Of a DNA stretch of 64,000 bases, positions 48,468-57,401 are shown in pieces. Under the pieces are notes generated by a model that was not told the DNA's origin, did not search any database, and saw only the letters and a list, made by a program, of their open reading frames with translations. Within the stretch, counting starts at the first letter, position 1, and each line of letters begins with the position of its first letter. Both the position numbers and the translations under genes were made by a program. The stretch spans positions 32,001 through 96,000 of the forward strand of contig CAVQBK010000004.1 of the NCBI GenBank assembly GCA_963710755.1. The letters run 5' to 3'. This stretch comes from an uncultured bacterium. GTDB taxonomy: Bacteria; Oederibacteriota; JAAXVQ01; JAUVAV01.

Positions 48468-50642
48468 ATGTATATTGAAGTTGCTGTGCCAGTGCCATCC
48501 CTACCGGCACTCACCTACGCGGTGGAAGACACCATGGCCCCTGCTTGCGGCAGCAGGGTTATGGTGCCCGTGGGCCGTAAAGTGCTGCCCGGGATTGTGG
48601 TAGCCGTGGGCGTGACCAAACCGGAAAAGATCCGTGTCAAAGCCGTGATCAAAGTGCTCGACCAAACGCCTGTGCTGCCTCCGGCCTTACTGAAACTGGG
48701 CCAGTGGATGGCTGGTTATTACCGCTGCACCTGGGGCGAAGCCCTGCATGCCATGCTGCCTGGCGCCGGCCTGCCCAAAGTGCGTGAACGCTATGAATTG
48801 ATCAATCCTGATCAGGCGGAGGTAAAAAAAGGCCAGGCAGCCCTGCTGCTGGAAAGACTGCAAAACGGGCCTGTGGATAAGGCGGTGCTCCTGGAAGGTC
48901 TGCCGGCCTCGGCGGCCAGGTTATTGACAAGCCTGGAAAAAGAAGGTCTCCTGCAAAGGACCTTAAGTCTGTCTAGAAAAAGAGCTCATCATTTCAATAC
49001 AGTGACGGACCTTTCCTTGGAAGAGCCCAAGAGTTTATCTCAAGATCAACAAGGCGCCTTGGCCCCTTTATTAAAAGCTGTTGATGGCAATATTTTTGAA
49101 GGGTTTCTGCTCTTTGGAGTTACCGGCAGCGGCAAGACTGAGGTGTACTTGCAGGCTATTGCCCATGTGCTGGCTCAAGGTGGAGGCGCCCTGTTGTTGG
49201 TGCCGGAAATTGCCTTGACCACCCAGATGCAGGAGCGGGTCAAAGCCCGATTTGGCGGAGCAGTGGCTGTATTGCACTCGGGCCTGACGCCCAAAGCGCG
49301 CCTGGAAGCGTGGATGCTGCTGGTGCAAGGTCAGGCCCGGGTGGCCATTGGCGCTCGCTCGGCTGTGTTTGCGCCGGTGAAGAACCTGCGGCTGATTGTG
49401 GTTGACGAGGAATATGAAACCTCCTACAAGCAGGATGATACCCCCCGCTACCATGCCCGCGATGTAGCGGCAGTGCGTGCCCGTGAAGAACGGGCCACCC
49501 TGGTTTTGGGCAGTGCCACCCCCAGTTTGGAGACCTTCCATCATGCCCAGGAAGGGAAATTAACCTTACTTACCCTGTCGCAACGGATTGACCATAAAAC
49601 CATGCCTGAAGTTCAGCTGGTGGACATGACCGAGGTCTTTGATCAAGCCCGCAGGTTCCCCTTATTTTCCACAGCTTTATTGGATGCCCTAGCAGACAGG
49701 TTGCGTAAAAACGAGCAATCCATATTGTTTCTCAATCGCCGTGGCTTTGCCCCCCTGGTCATGTGTCCGGCTTGTAAGCATCAACTCACCTGTCCTGACT
49801 GTAGTGTGGCCTTGGTCTACCACCTTACCCATGACAAGCTTCATTGCCACAGCTGCGGCCGTATTTTTCCGGCCCGGCCGGCTTGTCCCAAGTGCGGCAC
49901 GGCTTGTGTTAAGCTGGTGGGTGCGGGTACTCAAAGGGTGGAGGAAGAGCTGCGCCACTGGTTTCCGGACAGCCGCATTCTGCGGCTCGATCAGGACATG
50001 ACCAGAAAACGGGGGGTATTGGAAAAAAGCCTGCTGGCTTTTAAAAATCAGGAGGCCGATATTCTGGTGGGTACTCAGATGGTGGCCAAAGGCATTGATT
50101 TTGAAAAAGTGACCTTGGTAGGCATTATCACCGCAGATACAGCCCTCAATCTGCCCGACTTCCGGGCAGAGGAGCGAACTTTTCAATTGATGGTGCAGGT
50201 GGCAGGCCGTGCCGGCCGGGGCGGGGTGCCGGGGTTGGTTATTGCCCAGACCCATCATGCGGATCATGATGTATTGCTCATGGCGGCGCAACACGATTAT
50301 CAGGCCTTTTTCCAGCGTGAGATTGAGACCAGGCGCCTTTTAGGGTACCCGCCTTTCATGCGGCTGGCCAATATTGTCTGTCGCAGTCGCGCCGAGGGTG
50401 ATGCCCAAAAAACCGCGCAGGCCATTGCCAACCAAGCCCGGCGTGTGGCCGGACGGCAGGACCAGATTCTGGGCCCGGCACCGTCGCCCTATCAACGGGT
50501 GGCCAAGGAAAGCCGCTTTCAGGTGCTTCTCAAATCGCCCACCCATCAGCAGCGCAGCCGGCTGGTCGATGCCATTCAGCGTGTCCCTATCAAAAGTAAT
50601 GTTAAAATCATCATCGACATTGATCCTGTCAATTTACTCTAA
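48468..50642 (+). CDS. priA: Primosomal protein N' (replication restart helicase)
   Basis: GVTGSGKTEVY, VDEE, GSATPS, LNRRG, four CxxC, GTQMVAKG, QVAGRAGR; ATG at 48468 after ggag. Confidence 0.96.
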   Translation: MYIEVAVPVPSLPALTYAVEDTMAPACGSRVMVPVGRKVLPGIVVAVGVTKPEKIRVKAVIKVLDQTPVLPPALLKLGQWMAGYYRCTWGEALHAMLPGAGLPKVRERYELINPDQAEVKKGQAALLLERLQNGPVDKAVLLEGLPASAARLLTSLEKEGLLQRTLSLSRKRAHHFNTVTDLSLEEPKSLSQDQQGALAPLLKAVDGNIFEGFLLFGVTGSGKTEVYLQAIAHVLAQGGGALLLVPEIALTTQMQERVKARFGGAVAVLHSGLTPKARLEAWMLLVQGQARVAIGARSAVFAPVKNLRLIVVDEEYETSYKQDDTPRYHARDVAAVRAREERATLVLGSATPSLETFHHAQEGKLTLLTLSQRIDHKTMPEVQLVDMTEVFDQARRFPLFSTALLDALADRLRKNEQSILFLNRRGFAPLVMCPACKHQLTCPDCSVALVYHLTHDKLHCHSCGRIFPARPACPKCGTACVKLVGAGTQRVEEELRHWFPDSRILRLDQDMTRKRGVLEKSLLAFKNQEADILVGTQMVAKGIDFEKVTLVGIITADTALNLPDFRAEERTFQLMVQVAGRAGRGGVPGLVIAQTHHADHDVLLMAAQHDYQAFFQREIETRRLLGYPPFMRLANIVCRSRAEGDAQKTAQAIANQARRVAGRQDQILGPAPSPYQRVAKESRFQVLLKSPTHQQRSRLVDAIQRVPIKSNVKIIIDIDPVNLL

Positions 50643-50790
50643 AGAAGAGATCGTTCCACGGCCAAATTTATGGGGTCGATAGGGCGTCATTTTTAGCTGT
50701 CCGCGGTCTAAAAAGCACCTAAGGATGTGGGCTTGCAAGCTCACGGGGTAATCATGTATAATAGCGGCCTAATATAAAGGAGTGTAAGAT

Positions 50791-51336
50791 ATGGCGAAAT
50801 TACCAATCGTGATGTGGGGCAACCCCATCTTAAAACAAAAAGCCAAACCCATTGTGGCGGTTGATGACAGTTTACGGCAATTGGCAAACAATATGTTTGA
50901 TACCATGGCCGCTGAAAATGGGGTTGGGTTGGCAGCCAATCAGGTGGGGGTACTGGAACGGGTCTTTGTGGTGGAGATCCCGCAAAAAGTCGGTCCCAGC
51001 TTCAAAGCAGTTTTGCTCAACCCCGAAATCACCCAGAGGAGCAGGGAAAAAGAAACTCAGGAAGAAGGGTGCCTGTCCTTTCCTGGTATTTACGGTCCGG
51101 TGGAACGGCACTACCGAGTGGTGGTGGAAGGTCTGGATTTAAACTGGCAGCCTGTTAAAATCGAAGGTGAAGGTCTTTTGGCCAGGGCCATCCAGCACGA
51201 GTTGGACCATTTGGATGGGGTGGTTTTTGTGGAACGTATGAGCATGATCCATCGTACCATGTTGAATAAGCCTTTGCGGGAACTGGCTCGCAGCACCAAA
51301 GCTGGTCTGGCTCCTCACACCCCGAGCCGATTGTAA
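50791..51336 (+). CDS. def: Peptide deformylase
   Basis: GVGLAANQ, EGCLS, QHELDHL. Confidence 0.97.
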   Translation: MAKLPIVMWGNPILKQKAKPIVAVDDSLRQLANNMFDTMAAENGVGLAANQVGVLERVFVVEIPQKVGPSFKAVLLNPEITQRSREKETQEEGCLSFPGIYGPVERHYRVVVEGLDLNWQPVKIEGEGLLARAIQHELDHLDGVVFVERMSMIHRTMLNKPLRELARSTKAGLAPHTPSRL

Positions 51337-51343
51337 CGCTTCC

Positions 51344-52312
51344 ATGAAACCTAAGTTAATATTCATGGGAACACCGGATTTCGGCATTCCCTCGCTCGAC
51401 TATTTATTAAAAAAAGGTTTCCCTGTGCTTGCGGTGGTAACCCAACCGGACCGTGCCAAGGGCCGGGGACAAAAAGCGGCATTCTCAGCAGTTAAAATAT
51501 TTGCCCTGGCTCATGGGTTAAACGTGCTCCAGCCGGAGGATGTTAACAGCAATGCGTTTTTAAGCACCCTCAAAGCGCTGGAGCCTACGGTAATAGTGGT
51601 GGCAGCCTTTGGTCAATTGTTAAAACAACCCTTGCTGGATATGCCCCTTTGGGGCTGCATTAATCTGCATGGGTCGCTGCTCCCCAAATATCGCGGGGCG
51701 GCTCCCATTCAATGGGCTGTTGCCAAGGGCGAACGCGAAACCGGAGTTACGGTGCAGCGCATGGCGCTCAAAATGGACAGTGGACCTATTTTGACGCAAC
51801 GTAAAGTAGTCATCGGCTCTGAGGATAGGGCAGTTGATCTCTTTGATCGTTTGGCCCAGCTGGGTGGACCGGCACTGGAAGAAGCTCTGGCGCTTTTGGC
51901 CCAAGAAGGACCGTCAGCCGGCTTGGCCCAGGATGAAGCTCTGGTGAGTTACGCGCCCCGTCTGACCCGAGCCAATGGAGAACTGGATTGGCATCACCAA
52001 GCTAAGAGCCTGCATGACCAGGTAAGAGGGTTTAATCCCTGGCCGGGAACGTTTACCGAGGCTAATGGAGAAAAACTGAAAATTTTAAGTACGCGCTTGG
52101 GCACGAACACAGTGCCCCAGGGTAAAGGGCCAGGAACGATTCTGGATGTGGACTTGGACCAAGGCTGGCTGGTGGCTTGCGGCGGCAACAGCACCCTGTG
52201 GGTGCTGGAGGTACAATGCGCCAACAGCAAGGCCATGGCGGCCAATGCTTACACTTGCGGCTATCGTGTGGGTGTAGGAGATGTATTGGGGCAGAAGGAG
52301 AAGGTCGGATGA
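51344..52312 (+). CDS. fmt: Methionyl-tRNA formyltransferase
   Basis: FMGTPDF, VVTQPDR, NLHGSLLPKYRGAAPI, MDSG; follows def. Confidence 0.97.
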   Translation: MKPKLIFMGTPDFGIPSLDYLLKKGFPVLAVVTQPDRAKGRGQKAAFSAVKIFALAHGLNVLQPEDVNSNAFLSTLKALEPTVIVVAAFGQLLKQPLLDMPLWGCINLHGSLLPKYRGAAPIQWAVAKGERETGVTVQRMALKMDSGPILTQRKVVIGSEDRAVDLFDRLAQLGGPALEEALALLAQEGPSAGLAQDEALVSYAPRLTRANGELDWHHQAKSLHDQVRGFNPWPGTFTEANGEKLKILSTRLGTNTVPQGKGPGTILDVDLDQGWLVACGGNSTLWVLEVQCANSKAMAANAYTCGYRVGVGDVLGQKEKVG

Positions 52313-52731
52313 GCAACAAAAAAATCATCATTGTTGATGATGATGCCAGTATCTTGGAATTATTCCGTGACGTGCTTCAGGGCCATGGTTACGAGGTGGA
52401 TACCTTTACCCGCGGTTGGGAAGCGCTGCAATCCATTTCCCGCGATCATCCGGATTTGGTGATTCTCGATATTATGATGCCCCGGGTCAATGGCTACGAG
52501 GTCTGTCAGATCATGAAAGAGAATGTGAAGACCAAGAATATTCCTGTGATCTTTTTAACCGCCCTATCCCATCAGGAAGCATTGCGATGGGCGGCGGAAG
52601 GCGGGGCTGATGATTTTTTAATCAAACCCTGCACCCCGGACCGCTTGTTGAAGCATGTGGAACGCCATTTGGAAAAAGGAGGGGAAGCGCATGATGACCA
52701 TGGACAAGACTCTGGACAAAATCAGGCATGA
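52309..52731 (+). CDS. Single-domain response regulator (receiver)
   Basis: IIIVDDD, ILDIMMP, IFLTA, FLIKP; ATG at 52309 overlaps the fmt stop and follows aaggag. Confidence 0.9.
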   Translation: MSNKKIIIVDDDASILELFRDVLQGHGYEVDTFTRGWEALQSISRDHPDLVILDIMMPRVNGYEVCQIMKENVKTKNIPVIFLTALSHQEALRWAAEGGADDFLIKPCTPDRLLKHVERHLEKGGEAHDDHGQDSGQNQA

Positions 52732-53404
52732 AGTCGGCAAGGCGTTTAAACAAGAACTGATTTCCTTAATGGTGTACGGGTCGGCGGCAGTCAATGACCA
52801 TCAGCAAGGCAGTTCGGATATAAATATTCTGGTCGTTGTTAATGATATTACCATGGACGTTCTGGACAGGCTGCGCAAGCTCATTAGACCCTTGGCCAAA
52901 GCGGGGGTCAACACCCCACTGCTTATGACCAAAGAACATATTGAGCGTTCCAGTGATGTTTTTCCCATAGAATTTTTGGAGATCAAGGAAAAACATTTGG
53001 TATTGCAGGGCGAGGATATGTTTGCCCACCTGGAGATCGAAACCACCAACTTGCGGCATGAATGTGAACATGAGTTAAAAGGCCGGCTGCTGAGATTGCG
53101 GCAAAGCTATCTGGAAGTGGGAGAGCATGTCAAGGAATTGAAGGACTTGTTGGTGGCCGCCCACCAGGCTAACCTGCCGTCCTTTCGTACAGCCCTACGG
53201 CTGAAAGGTATTGTGCCGCCGCTGGCCAAGGAAGCGGTCCTGGAAAGCCTGGCGGCCACCTTTGGATTGAACAAAGAAGTGTTTGTCAAATTGAAGCTTT
53301 TAAAACAAGGAGATCTGAAACTGACCTTTCCCATGCTCAGGGGATTGCTCGAAACTTATCTCCATGAGGTGGAAAAAGTTGCGCGCGCTATTGACCGTTT
53401 GTAA
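52691..53404 (+). CDS. Pol-beta-type nucleotidyltransferase domain protein
   Basis: VYGSAA…SDINIL; DVFPIEFLEI; LRHECEHELK. Confidence 0.8.
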   Translation: MMTMDKTLDKIRHEVGKAFKQELISLMVYGSAAVNDHQQGSSDINILVVVNDITMDVLDRLRKLIRPLAKAGVNTPLLMTKEHIERSSDVFPIEFLEIKEKHLVLQGEDMFAHLEIETTNLRHECEHELKGRLLRLRQSYLEVGEHVKELKDLLVAAHQANLPSFRTALRLKGIVPPLAKEAVLESLAATFGLNKEVFVKLKLLKQGDLKLTFPMLRGLLETYLHEVEKVARAIDRL

Positions 53405-54170
53405 ACATAGTTTTAAAGCTGTTTTACTGGCCCTGTTATTAAGCGGCGCTGCCTTGGCCGCAACCTCCTCCGCCGGCCAACCGCAGATTCCTCAGCCTCA
53501 AGGCTATGTCAATGACTTTGCCAAGGTTCTCGATGCCCAGGCCATTGACCGCCTGAGTGCTCTGTCCACTAGTCTGGAGCAGGCTACCGGCGACGAGATG
53601 GTCTTTATGATCATGCCTACTATTGCGCCTTATGATGATTTCACCTATGGTATGGCGGTCTATGATGCCTGGAAAATCGGCAAGAAGGGCAAGGACAATG
53701 GTCTCTTGATTTTGTTGGCATTAAAGGAACACCGCATCCGCATCATCACCGGCTACGGACTGGAAGGGGTATTGCCGGACGGTAAATTAGGACGCTATCG
53801 TGACCAATACCTGACACCCTATTTAAAACAAGGCCAAATTGGGCAAGGGTTGTATAATATCGGGCTGGTGATTGCCCAAACCCTGGCCAAAGATAAAAAA
53901 GTGCAATTAAGCGGGCAGCTGGGTCAGGCCCGTCCTGTCAGGAAAAACCGAACCGGGGAAGCGGCCGGATATTTCATCTTTTTCCTGCTCATCATCATTG
54001 CCGGCATTATTTCCTCCATCCGCGATCGGCGCTTAGGGCGGCGGAGCGGCGTAGGGCCCTATTATTACGGTGGCGGTTTTTATCGCAGCGGCGGCGGCGG
54101 CTTTGGCGGCGGCTTCTCCGGCTTTGGCGGTGGTTTTTCGGGCGGAGGCGGTGTAGGCGGCAGCTGGTAA
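53391..54170 (+). CDS. TPM domain membrane protein with Gly-rich tail
   Basis: YVNDFAKVL, WKIGKKGKDNG, TGYGLEGVLPD, FGGGFSGGGG; start uncertain (53364-53391). Confidence 0.88.
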   Translation: MTVCKHSFKAVLLALLLSGAALAATSSAGQPQIPQPQGYVNDFAKVLDAQAIDRLSALSTSLEQATGDEMVFMIMPTIAPYDDFTYGMAVYDAWKIGKKGKDNGLLILLALKEHRIRIITGYGLEGVLPDGKLGRYRDQYLTPYLKQGQIGQGLYNIGLVIAQTLAKDKKVQLSGQLGQARPVRKNRTGEAAGYFIFFLLIIIAGIISSIRDRRLGRRSGVGPYYYGGGFYRSGGGGFGGGFSGFGGGFSGGGGVGGSW

Positions 54171-54309
54171 AAATCGTCAGCAGCCGGACTATGGTTTGCG
54201 TAGGATTGGTCAATACTATCCAAAAGTTGAGACAATACCGTGGAGGTCTTTCACAAAAGTGACCTTGATGGAACAGTGATCAAGTAAAAACTAGGAGGAA
54301 AGTGGCATT

Positions 54310-54933
54310 ATGGAAAAATCGGGATTGGCGTTAATCACCATCTTGGGCCTGATTTTGGGCGTGCTCTTACTGTTGGTGATGGGCATCGTTTTTTATGTAA
54401 TTGGAAGTTACAACAGCCTGGTTAAAATGGACGTGTCGGTCAAAACCGCATGGTCTCAGGTGGAGAACCAGCTGCAACGGCGCAATGATTTGATTCCTAA
54501 TTTGGTGAACACAGTCAAAGGGTTTGCTAAACAGGAAAGAACCATTTTTGAAAATGTGGCCAATGCCCGGGCCAAACTGGCAGGTGCTACGGGTATCAAT
54601 GACAAAATCAATGCGGCCAATGAAGTGACCGGTGCCTTGGGCCGGCTGCTGGCAGTGGTGGAAAATTATCCTCAACTCAAGTCGGACCAGAATTTCCGGC
54701 AGTTAATGGATGAACTGGCAGGTACGGAAAACCGTATTGCCGTGGAGCGTATGCGCTACAACGAGGCGGTCAAGACCTTCAACCAGTCCATTCGGATGTT
54801 CCCCAAAAATTTGATTGCCGGATGGTTTCACTTTAAGGAGGCTACCTTGTTTGAAGCCGCGCCAGGCGCCAAAGAAGTGCCGAAAGTGGAATTCCAAATT
54901 GAGGACAAATCCTCTGGCTCCAAAGGGGAATAG
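54310..54933 (+). CDS. lemA: LemA family protein
   Basis: YNSLV, QRRNDLIPNLV, ENYPQLK, GTENRIAVER.RYN. Confidence 0.93.
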   Translation: MEKSGLALITILGLILGVLLLLVMGIVFYVIGSYNSLVKMDVSVKTAWSQVENQLQRRNDLIPNLVNTVKGFAKQERTIFENVANARAKLAGATGINDKINAANEVTGALGRLLAVVENYPQLKSDQNFRQLMDELAGTENRIAVERMRYNEAVKTFNQSIRMFPKNLIAGWFHFKEATLFEAAPGAKEVPKVEFQIEDKSSGSKGE

Positions 54934-54985
54934 CAAAGCGAAGCACAACTATTTCGGTTCCTGTGCAATTCTATGCCGGGAGCAC

Positions 54986-55378
54986 GGGAGCAGTTCAGAT
55001 GGTCGCCTTAATTTCGGTTAAGGAGGAAAGTCCGAGCTCCCAGGGCAAGGCGCTGGGTAACGCCCAGTCACGGTGACGTGAAGGAAAGTGCCACAGAAAA
55101 CATACCGCCTCTCTATAGCCCCAGACTTCGTGAGCTGGTGGGGGGTAAGGGTGAAAAGGTGAGGTAAGAGCTCACCGCGTTTCCGGTGACGGAAGCGGCA
55201 CGGTAAACCCCGCCTGGAGCAAGACCAAATAGGAGAGGCCTGACAGGGTTGCCTGTCAGGAGCCGTGGCCCGCGGTCCTCTCGGGTTGGTTGCTTGAGGC
55301 TTGTTGTAAAACAAGTCCTAGAGAAATGACCATCCGTCCTGAATCAGGATGACAGAACTCGGCTTATGAACTGCTCCC
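54986..55378 (+). ncRNA. rnpB: RNase P RNA (bacterial class A)
   Basis: P1 gggagcagttca…tgaactgctccc; GAGGAAAGTCC; GAAAGTGCCACAGAAA; GGTAAACCCC; ACAGAACTCGGCTTA. Confidence 0.97.
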
Positions 55379-55384
55379 TCTTTT

Positions 55385-55422
55385 CCCGGCCCGGTGAAAC
55401 ATCGCCGGGCCGGGGTTGTTTT
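55385..55422 (+). terminator. GC-rich hairpin/terminator after rnpB
   Basis: cccggcccggtga-aaca-tcgccgggccggg followed by ttgtttt. Confidence 0.65.
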
Positions 55423-55430
55423 GGGGTAGT

Positions 55431-55503
55431 GCAGGGGCGAAAGATTTTTCGCCCCTACTATTTCCTCTCCCCGCATACGCGGGGAGAGGATTAAGGTGAG
55501 GGG
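55431..55503. repeat. Two adjacent palindromic repeats (GTAG-type REP and a CCTCTCCC…GGGAGAGG…GGTGAGGG element)
   Basis: gcaggggcgaaagatttttcgcccctac; tcctctccccgc-atac-gcggggagaggattaaggtgagggg. Confidence 0.65.
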
Positions 55504-55509
55504 TCCAGA

Positions 55510-56523
55510 ATGATCATCGTCATGAAACCTAATGTATCAAAAAAGAAAATCACGGAAGTGATGGAACGCATCAAGAAAATGAAGCTCGAGCCTCATCTGC
55601 TGCAAGGCACGGAGCGCAACGTCATCGCCGTGATCGGCGATGAACGCCGGCTGCAACGCCAGCCGTTGGAAGCCATTCCGGAAATTGAAAACGTTATGTC
55701 CGTACTCAAACCCTATAAACTGGCCAGCCGGGAGAGCAAGCAGGAAGATTCCGTGATTACCACCGGCAGCTTTTCCATTGGCGGTAAGCAATTGGCCATA
55801 ATTGCCGGTCCCTGTACCGTGGAAAATAAAAGCATGATTATGCAGACTGCCCGCCATGTCAAAGCCAGCGGGGCAGCGGCTTTGCGGGGTGGTGCCTTTA
55901 AACCCAGAACCAGTCCCTATGCTTTTCAGGGCCTTAAAGGTGCCGGCCTGACCATCTTGAAACAAGCTCAAAAAACCTACAGCCTGCCGGTGGTGACCGA
56001 GGTGCTCGATCCCAGGAACGTGCCGGCCGTGGCCAAAGCTGCCGATATTCTGCAGATCGGAACCCGCAACATGCAGAATTTCGAATTGTTAAAGGCCGTG
56101 GGCCAGCAAAAAAAACCGGTGTTGCTCAAACGGGGCATGGCCGCCGGGGTGGAGGATCTGCTCATGTCGGCCGAGTACATCATGGCCCAGGGCAATTATC
56201 AGGTGATTTTGTGCGAACGGGGCATCCGCACCTTTAATGATTACAGCCGCAATACTCTGGATTTAACCGTGATCCCGGCCCTGAAAGAGCGAACCCATTT
56301 GCCGGTGATCGTGGACCCTTCCCACGGCACGGGCAGGCGCGATTACGTGGCGCCCATGGCCAAGGCCGCTTTGGCCGCGGGCGCGGACGGCCTGATCATC
56401 GAAGTCCATCCCCATCCGGACAAGGCCCTGGTGGACGGCAACCAGTCCCTGTCCCTGGAAGAGTTTGACCGCCTGATGCTGGAGTTGAAAGCCTTGGCGC
56501 CTATTTTGGGGCGCACCCTATGA
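55510..56523 (+). CDS. aroF: DAHP synthase (class I-beta, N-terminal ACT/ferredoxin-like domain)
   Basis: [48 protein letters not shown]. Confidence 0.95.
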   Translation: MIIVMKPNVSKKKITEVMERIKKMKLEPHLLQGTERNVIAVIGDERRLQRQPLEAIPEIENVMSVLKPYKLASRESKQEDSVITTGSFSIGGKQLAIIAGPCTVENKSMIMQTARHVKASGAAALRGGAFKPRTSPYAFQGLKGAGLTILKQAQKTYSLPVVTEVLDPRNVPAVAKAADILQIGTRNMQNFELLKAVGQQKKPVLLKRGMAAGVEDLLMSAEYIMAQGNYQVILCERGIRTFNDYSRNTLDLTVIPALKERTHLPVIVDPSHGTGRRDYVAPMAKAALAAGADGLIIEVHPHPDKALVDGNQSLSLEEFDRLMLELKALAPILGRTL

Positions 56524-56735
56524 TTGTCTGATGGTGAGGTGGATGGGGGGTTGGTTCCATCCTTGGACAGAGGGCGTTGTGCAAGTAGACTATAGACATC
56601 CCCCTTTGTGAAAGGCTCTCAGGACAAGTGCCTCCATTCTACAGAAGCATTTTTTCAATGTTGTCCCGAGACCAAGGGCCTGAAGGTCTTTTAGCAAAAG
56701 AAAATGGTTATTCAGATTGGAGAAGAGCATCGGCC

Positions 56736-57401
56736 ATGCCCGTGATTACTGCATTGGAAATACAGAAAAAAAATAAACAGCGGGTCAACCTTTTTGCAGA
56801 CCATGAATTTGTTTGCGGCTTGGCTTTGGAAGTGGTGATGAAAAAGGGGCTGAAAAAAGGGCTGGACCTTACGGAAGACGCCCTGACTGCGCTCATTCAT
56901 GATGACCAAACCTGGCAGGCCAAGGAAGCGGCCCTGCGCCTGCTTGATGTGCGTGCCCGCGCTAAAGGTGAATTACGGCAACGGTTGCGGCAAAAGAAAT
57001 TTCCCGGGGATGTGATTGAGGACGTGCTGGGGGATCTTGAAAAATCAGGCTTGATTAATGACGCGGCCTTTGCCAAAATGCTGGTCCATGATTTAAGCCT
57101 CAAAGCGGTGGGCAAACGTCGACTCCAGCACGCCCTACGGGCCAAAGGCATTGACCGCGCGCTGGAAGAAAAAATCATACAGGAAGCCACAATCGGGGAA
57201 ACAGAAGCTCAGGCCTGCCTGCAGGCTGCCCAAAAGAGGGCCGCCCGCTATCGCCAGCTCGATCCCCAGGTGGCCCGGCGCCGGCTGATTGCTTATTTAT
57301 TGAGACAGGGATTTGACCACGAGATGGTGTACAGCACCATCAGAACACTAGACGCAACCGCAGGGATAACGGAGGATGATAATGACCAGTACGGAGATTA
57401 G
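56736..57401 (+). CDS. recX: Regulatory protein RecX
   Basis: ITALEIQKKNKQRVNLF, RARAKGELRQRL, LINDAAFA, LRAKGI, YLLRQGF; ATG at 56736. Confidence 0.88.
   Translation: MPVITALEIQKKNKQRVNLFADHEFVCGLALEVVMKKGLKKGLDLTEDALTALIHDDQTWQAKEAALRLLDVRARAKGELRQRLRQKKFPGDVIEDVLGDLEKSGLINDAAFAKMLVHDLSLKAVGKRRLQHALRAKGIDRALEEKIIQEATIGETEAQACLQAAQKRAARYRQLDPQVARRRLIAYLLRQGFDHEMVYSTIRTLDATAGITEDDNDQYGD

Noticed and set aside
56524-56735. recA remnant upstream of recX
   Set aside because: No RecA-like sequence was seen; recX unlinked from recA is common.
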